Virus record (IMG/VR): IMGVR_UViG_3300048074_000106
Location: 1-37,773 of that record
DNA: 37,773 bases
Strand: one strand, 5' to 3'
Source: a virus
Taxonomy: Duplodnaviria > Caudoviricetes
Every line of letters begins with the position of its first letter. Position 1 is the first letter of the stretch. Positions 33,059 to 37,773 of the stretch are shown here, one piece after another. The position numbers were made by a program, and so were the translations under genes. The notes beneath the pieces are model-generated. The model made no database searches. It was not told the DNA's origin and saw only the letters and a list, made by a program, of their open reading frames with translations.

Positions 33059-34591
33059 ATGCGAGCAGCACTCTACGTCCGCGTCTCCTCCCAGAAGCAG
33101 GCCGAGAAGTGGTCACTTCCCTCGCAGCGGAAGCTCCTTGCGGCCCACGCCACCAAGCAGGGATGGAGCTCCACTCTCTACGATGAGGGTGCCGCCTCCG
33201 GGGAGACCATCGCCGATCGCCCCGTCATGCGCCGCCTCCTCGCCGACGTCGCCAGCGGCCGGGTGGACGTTGTCCTCGTCATCGAGTGGGAGCGCCTCTG
33301 CCGTGCCTCCGATCTGATCGACCTCGCCACCATCACCGGTGTCTGTCGCAAGGCCGGGGTCCTGATCGCCACGCCCGAGCGGGTCTACAACTTGGCCAAG
33401 GCCGAGGACGATTTCGAGTCCGATCTCCGCGGCATCCTCTCGAAACGGGAGAAGCGGAAGATCCTCGAGCGCTGCGCCCGCGGACGCGCCGAGGCCCAGG
33501 ACGCAGGGCGCTACCTCGGCGGGACGGTTCCACGCGGCTACCGCTACGACCGCAACATCCGCCGCCTGGTCCTCGACCCTGAGATGGCTCCAACCATCCT
33601 CGAGATCTTCACCCGGCCGGAGGGGTCGCTCGTTCTCTCCAAAGAACTCCAAAGGCGCGGGATCCCTGTATCCGATGATGGGGTCCGATACGTCCGCCGC
33701 AATCCGGTCTACACCGGTCGCACCAGAGACACGCGCGGCAAACTGATTCAGGGCGACTGGGAGCCGATCGTCCCGGTGGAGCTCTGGCAGCGGTGGCAGG
33801 GGAAGGGCAGGACTTCGGTCCCTGAGGCCCCCGGTCCCTACGCCGTCCGGTATCTCCTGACTGGGCTGGTCCGGTGTGCCGCCTGTGGCGGCCCCGTGAC
33901 CGGCTCCCCCAAGGGGGGCGAGAAGGGGCGGGTGCTTACCGGTGACCAGCACTCCTACGTCTGCCGACGTTACCAGCGAGGGTACGCCCGTCCCCCGCGG
34001 ACCTGTCTGAGCGGGTTCTACGTCCGAGGTTGGACCCTGGACCTTGCCGCGACCCACGCGCTCAGGGAGCACGTCTCCAACAGGAAGCGCCTGCGTGAGG
34101 GGTATGAAACTCTCAGGAGCGCGCTGGAGGCCCGTTCTCGTCTTGACCCAGGCGATGACACCCGGAAGGCCCTTCGCGCACAGCAGACGCGAAGGGCTCG
34201 TGTCCTGGCCGCCATTGAAGAGGGACTGCCGCTCCCGGAAGCGGGAAAACGGCTGACTGCCCTGACGTCGGAAATCGAGCGCCTTGAGAAGGAGCTGAGC
34301 CATGCCCAGAGCGAGGAGCTGCAGCTCCCCTCGTTCGCCTCGTTCACGCGGCTCGCGGCGGGGATCCGCGACGCGGCGGTGGCCTCCAGGAAGGCGATCC
34401 TGGCCGCCTTCCTCCGGGAAGGGGTGGTCGATCTCGAGACGCGCCGTCTGACACTGCGGTGGCTACTCGATGAGACGCCGGCGGTTTACCAGATCCCGAC
34501 TTCGCTGGAGCTTCAGAGAGAGACCCACCTGGCCGGGTCGAGGGCGGCCTACGCCGCGAACTTGGACGGGAGCGAGTGGCGGGTTGGGTAA
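33059..34591 (+). CDS. Large serine recombinase (integrase), 510 aa
   Basis: MRAALYVRVSS (catalytic Ser), SG....RP, ERLCR, GGTVPRGY, NPVYTG, EPIVPVELW, zinc ribbon YLLTGLVRCAACG...YVC...C and a coiled coil. Confidence 0.95.
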   Translation: MRAALYVRVSSQKQAEKWSLPSQRKLLAAHATKQGWSSTLYDEGAASGETIADRPVMRRLLADVASGRVDVVLVIEWERLCRASDLIDLATITGVCRKAGVLIATPERVYNLAKAEDDFESDLRGILSKREKRKILERCARGRAEAQDAGRYLGGTVPRGYRYDRNIRRLVLDPEMAPTILEIFTRPEGSLVLSKELQRRGIPVSDDGVRYVRRNPVYTGRTRDTRGKLIQGDWEPIVPVELWQRWQGKGRTSVPEAPGPYAVRYLLTGLVRCAACGGPVTGSPKGGEKGRVLTGDQHSYVCRRYQRGYARPPRTCLSGFYVRGWTLDLAATHALREHVSNRKRLREGYETLRSALEARSRLDPGDDTRKALRAQQTRRARVLAAIEEGLPLPEAGKRLTALTSEIERLEKELSHAQSEELQLPSFASFTRLAAGIRDAAVASRKAILAAFLREGVVDLETRRLTLRWLLDETPAVYQIPTSLELQRETHLAGSRAAYAANLDGSEWRVG

Positions 34592-34653
34592 CCTGGGCCC
34601 ACAGCCGCTGTCGATACATCATCGGCGGCTCGTGGGCCCATGTTACGGAACCC
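34581..34653. repeat. Long imperfect inverted repeat between the convergent int and terL genes; candidate attP
   Basis: GGGTTGGGTAACCTGGGCCCAC-AGCCGCTG matches the reverse complement of the right arm, GGGTTCCGTAACATGGGCCCACGAGCCGCCG, across a 12-nt spacer. Confidence 0.55.
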
Positions 34654-34684
34654 CCTGCCACTGAGGATCTTGGGACATCACACC

Positions 34685-36637
34685 CTACTTCCAACCGTCC
34701 ACCCAGCCGCCACGCTTCCGCGCGCGCGGCCGCGGCGCGCTCGCTACCGGCGCCTCGGGAAGCGGCTCCTCTGGAGAATCAACTTGGGAGGCGAGCCGCG
34801 CGGCGCGCTCCGGAAGGGAGCGAATCACCGGCTGCCCCAGGATGTGCAGCGCGGCCAGGCAGTAGACCTCGAGGTCGAGCGCTTCGTTGCGCTCCCGCAA
34901 CTTGATCCACTCCCGCACCCGGCCCCGGTTCTTCACCCACTTCCAGATCGCCTTCTCGGCCGTGAGCTGCTCGAGGTACTCGACGTCGACCCAGTCGGGG
35001 AGGTGGACGAACCCAGGCCCCTTCGACTTGATCCGCAGGCGGGAGAGGATGATGTCCTTGGCGGTGTCGACGCAGAGGGTGAAGAGCTTCGCGTGGTAGC
35101 GGTTGTGGGTGGTCGGCCGCTTGGGCACGACCGGCTTCCCCTTCTCGTTCCCGCCGCGGACTGCGAAGACCCGACGGTGGAGTCGGGCCCGGCAGAACTT
35201 GTAGACCTCCTCGGTGTGGTGACCGCCGGAGTCGACGGTGACGCAGGAGATCTTGATCTTGCGGCCGCTCTCGTGAACGAACTCCTGGGTGAGGAACTTG
35301 TCGAGCTCGAGCCAAGTGCTCTCGTGAACCGGATCCCCGTGCACCTGATGGAAGGCGATCAGCCACGACTCCTCGCCGGCGCCGTACCCCTTCACCTGAG
35401 CCTCGATGCGATCGCCTTGGACGTCGACCGCTGCGACGAGGATTCCCACGCCGGCGGGGACCTCGGCGACGTAGCTCTCGAGCCGGCCGACCAAGCTGTC
35501 GGCGTCGAGCGAGTCTCCGCGCTCCTCCCAGGTCTCCCCGAGGACGGTGTTCACCCAGGTCTGTAGGCGGAACGGATCCTCCTTCCCTTCAATGAACTCG
35601 GACACGCATTCAGCCCAGGATTTCCACCCGAGCGGAGAGTAGAGGGCGGAGAGGTGGAACCCGACCGTCCGCCCCGTGCTCTTCGCCGTGGGCCGCCACT
35701 CCCCACCGGCGAGCATCAGCGTCTTGTACCGTTCCTCAATGAGGCGCTCGCACGCCACGCAGGCCAGCTTCGCCGTCTCTGGGCGAGCCTCTTCCCACCG
35801 GATGTTCTCCCAGCGGATCCAGTCGAAGTGGCCACAGTGGGGGCAGGCCACGAAGTAGCGGCGCTGGTCCGAGGCCAGGAACTCCTTCTCGATGCGGGAG
35901 ACGCCCTTCATGGTGGGCGTCGACGTCATGAGGATCTTGCGACGAGGGAAGGTGGCGGTGCGTTTCTCGGCGAGGGAGACCGGATCCCCTTCGCTCTCCA
36001 CGTTTCCGGGATAAGCGTCTACCTCGTCCATGAAGAGAAATCTCGCCGGCATGCGACGGAGCCCCTTCGCTGAGTTCGCCCCCGTGATCGCCAGGATCCC
36101 ACCGGGGAACTCCTTCATGAGGGTCGTGTTCCCCGAGTCCCGCGATCGAGCCTCCTTCACCAGTGCGCGTAGCGCCGGCGTCTCCTCGATCATGGGAGAG
36201 AGGCGCTGCTTGCTCTCCGCCCGGGCAATGTCGACGGTCGGTTCCACGAACAGGACCGGACCCGGAACGTGGTGGATGATGTAGCCGATCGCGTTGTTTA
36301 TCGCTTCCGTCTTGCCCACCTGGCTCCCGGCCATGAAGACCACTCGCCGGGCACGGTTGTGAGCCGACATGCAGTCCATCGGCTCCCGGAGGTAGGGCGC
36401 CCTCGAAGTGCGCCAGGGCCCCGGCTCGCTCGAGGTCATCGAGCTCAGGACGCGGTGCTCATCCGCCCACTGGCTGACCGTGAGGACCGGGTCCGGCGCG
36501 AAGCCGCGGGCGGCGGCGTCGAAGACGATGAATCGGGCGCGCCGACGTTGGTCGTCTCCTTCCGGATCGTCTTCGACAAGGCCGAGCTCAGCTGGTTCAG
36601 AGCTCCCCGGATCGCGTCTTCGAGGATGTCGTGGCAC
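34685..36637 (-). CDS. Terminase large subunit, lambda GpA family
   Basis: VSQWADEHR, EPGPWRTSRAPYLREPMD, Walker A SQVGKT, Walker B FMDEVD, STPT, CPHC, VDVQ, DSGG and RNEALD. Confidence 0.97.
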   Translation of the reverse strand: MPRHPRRRDPGSSEPAELGLVEDDPEGDDQRRRARFIVFDAAARGFAPDPVLTVSQWADEHRVLSSMTSSEPGPWRTSRAPYLREPMDCMSAHNRARRVVFMAGSQVGKTEAINNAIGYIIHHVPGPVLFVEPTVDIARAESKQRLSPMIEETPALRALVKEARSRDSGNTTLMKEFPGGILAITGANSAKGLRRMPARFLFMDEVDAYPGNVESEGDPVSLAEKRTATFPRRKILMTSTPTMKGVSRIEKEFLASDQRRYFVACPHCGHFDWIRWENIRWEEARPETAKLACVACERLIEERYKTLMLAGGEWRPTAKSTGRTVGFHLSALYSPLGWKSWAECVSEFIEGKEDPFRLQTWVNTVLGETWEERGDSLDADSLVGRLESYVAEVPAGVGILVAAVDVQGDRIEAQVKGYGAGEESWLIAFHQVHGDPVHESTWLELDKFLTQEFVHESGRKIKISCVTVDSGGHHTEEVYKFCRARLHRRVFAVRGGNEKGKPVVPKRPTTHNRYHAKLFTLCVDTAKDIILSRLRIKSKGPGFVHLPDWVDVEYLEQLTAEKAIWKWVKNRGRVREWIKLRERNEALDLEVYCLAALHILGQPVIRSLPERAARLASQVDSPEEPLPEAPVASAPRPRARKRGGWVDGWK

Positions 36638-37155
36638 TGTGCCTCCTCAGTTGTCGCCGCCATGGCGGAAGCCAGACGTGCCGGCAGGGTGTTGAAGGCG
36701 TCGCGCGCCGCGCGGCAGGCCTCGTAGATGTCGCCGGCGAGCGTCTCTCCCCGGATAACCAGGCCGGCCTCGCGCTCGTAATTGAGGCGGGCCATCTTGG
36801 CCAGGAACTTCTCGCGTTCCCCGCGGGACTTCGCGTACGAGCTGAGGGGCTCCGGGTCGTGACCGTTGCCGGGTGCGGGCTCATCCCCCGCCGGCAGCGC
36901 TGCCGCCCGCCTCGGCCTGGTCGCCCCCATCGGCGTCGAAGGAGCGCCTGGTTTCCGGCGCAACTTGGGGTCCCCGGTGACGGAGTTCAGGGGCTTGGAG
37001 TGGTCCGTCCGCTCCGCCCACTGCTTGTCCGCCCGGGCGGAGTCGATCTTCCCGTCCTTCCGCCTGGTGATCCTGCCGTCCGCGATCGCCTTCTGCACCG
37101 CTGTGTGGGAGACACCCCGGTGCTTGGCATAGGCGCGTACTGACAGAAGAGGCAT
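36445..37155 (-). CDS. Terminase small subunit (Nu1-like), 236 aa
   Basis: HTH LSVRAYAKHRGVSHTAVQKAI..GRI; AKMARLNYEREAGLV...ARDAF..LPARLA. Confidence 0.88.
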   Translation of the reverse strand: MPLLSVRAYAKHRGVSHTAVQKAIADGRITRRKDGKIDSARADKQWAERTDHSKPLNSVTGDPKLRRKPGAPSTPMGATRPRRAAALPAGDEPAPGNGHDPEPLSSYAKSRGEREKFLAKMARLNYEREAGLVIRGETLAGDIYEACRAARDAFNTLPARLASAMAATTEEAQCHDILEDAIRGALNQLSSALSKTIRKETTNVGAPDSSSSTPPPAASRRTRSSRSASGRMSTAS

Positions 37156-37232
37156 CTCAGAGGGTGGCGGCAATCAGGGCGACGGCAACCCCTTGCGGAA
37201 ACTTGTCTTGCGTCACCGACGCTAGAGAAGGA

Positions 37233-37274
37233 CCGGGGTCGCCGTCACCCGTGGGGGTTGTTGTGGAAGGACCC
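37233..37274 (-). other. Lambda-like cos site (cosQ plus cosN-like)
   Basis: Minus strand GGGTCCT-TCCACAACAACCCCCACGGGTGA-CGGCGACC-CCGG. GGGTCCT equals lambda cosQ, and CGGCGACC matches the core of the lambda cohesive end GGGCGGCGACCT. It lies just upstream of terS. Confidence 0.7.
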
Positions 37275-37362
37275 AGGGCGCGTGGTAATAGGCGCTGGGG
37301 AGCGCTGTGGTAGCCGCCCTGGTCGAGATGGCGATAGGTCTTGATCGAGATGGCTGGCCTCC

Positions 37363-37646
37363 TCAAGCGGTCCTCCCCCGGTTGAACTCGATCGCCTTCA
37401 TGACTTCGCGCTCCATCTCCTCCTTGAACCACACCTTGGCGGTAGCCTCTGCGACGGGGACGAACTCGAGGCGGCTATCGATGGGCACGCTCTTACTGAA
37501 GCGCCACAACATCTCGATGTCACTTCGCTTGGGCCCCGTGCGCCTGAACACGCCGCCGAGCGGAGCCGCCTCAGTGCTGGTGAGAAGGAACGTGCGATTG
37601 CGCCCCTTCCACTGAATGGCGCCTTCGGTGGGCAGGCCGACGCGCC
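37363..37646 (-). CDS. gpZ-like protein, 3' part (joins 535..1)
   Basis: In-frame continuation across the circular join; GGVFRRTG...IEMLW.F.KSVPI..RLEF. Confidence 0.7.
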
Positions 37647-37773
37647 CGAACTCATCGAAGAGCCCGATGCCCACCTTCCTCGTCTTGTTCCCCTTGCGCC
37701 GCTCCTGGGTAAGACGCGTGCCAGCGTGGAACGCCTTGAGGCCCATGCCGGCGAAGGTGTACTCGCGAGAGAC
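37647..37773. repeat. Terminal direct repeat, right copy (circular assembly overlap)
   Basis: Identical to bases 1-127. Confidence 0.97.

Noticed and set aside
16000-34680. An invertible segment that would restore the terL-gpW-portal order
   Set aside because: I found no shared sequence at the two putative breakpoints, and portal would still not adjoin the capsid gene.
1-37773. CRISPR array, tRNA genes, diversity-generating retroelement, introns or inteins
   Set aside because: I saw no spaced repeats, cloverleaf, reverse transcriptase, template/variable repeat pair or insertions in terL or portal by eye. Dedicated scans were not run.

Overview
The window is a complete, circularly assembled temperate siphovirus genome. 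The first 127 bp repeat exactly at 37647-37773, so the unique length is 37,646 bp and one gene runs across the join. It is GC-rich, and the host is probably a diderm bacterium (inferred from lipoproteins and Sec-exported proteins). Packaging and head genes are lambda-like: terS, GpA-type terL, a cosQ/cosN-like site, a gpW-like adaptor, a lambda-type portal and a fused prohead protease-capsid gene. The tail is non-contractile, with a -1 frameshift chaperone, a tape measure and a D3112/BR0599-type tip. It also carries a cI/cro switch, a large serine integrase, an early operon (ParB-like, J-domain, replication initiator with internal iterons, DUF1064) and a lysis cassette. Gene order is unusual: capsid/tail genes and adaptor/portal/lysis genes diverge from one short region, and terminase lies in a third operon after the tail genes. 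Three candidate novel systems stand out. (1) A two-hairpin RNA in the early operon (~30455-30571) has two loop-borne blocks, 20 nt and 10 nt, perfectly complementary to one contiguous 29-nt stretch (835-863) of the packaging-operon leader; that stretch is the anti-Shine-Dalgarno arm of a leader hairpin, suggesting a trans-acting riboregulator for the early-to-late switch. (2) A 47-aa membrane peptide missing from the ORF track and the adjacent Ig-like protein share a C-terminal GxPxGGxLxFGxPRKR motif, suggesting a membrane-nucleated donor-strand polymer. (3) The late operon encodes Sec-exported proteins rich in D-S/T sequons, and a patatin phospholipase sits where spanins would be expected. 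All family calls come from motif recognition by eye, and all RNA structures were paired by hand; no searches or folding programs were run.
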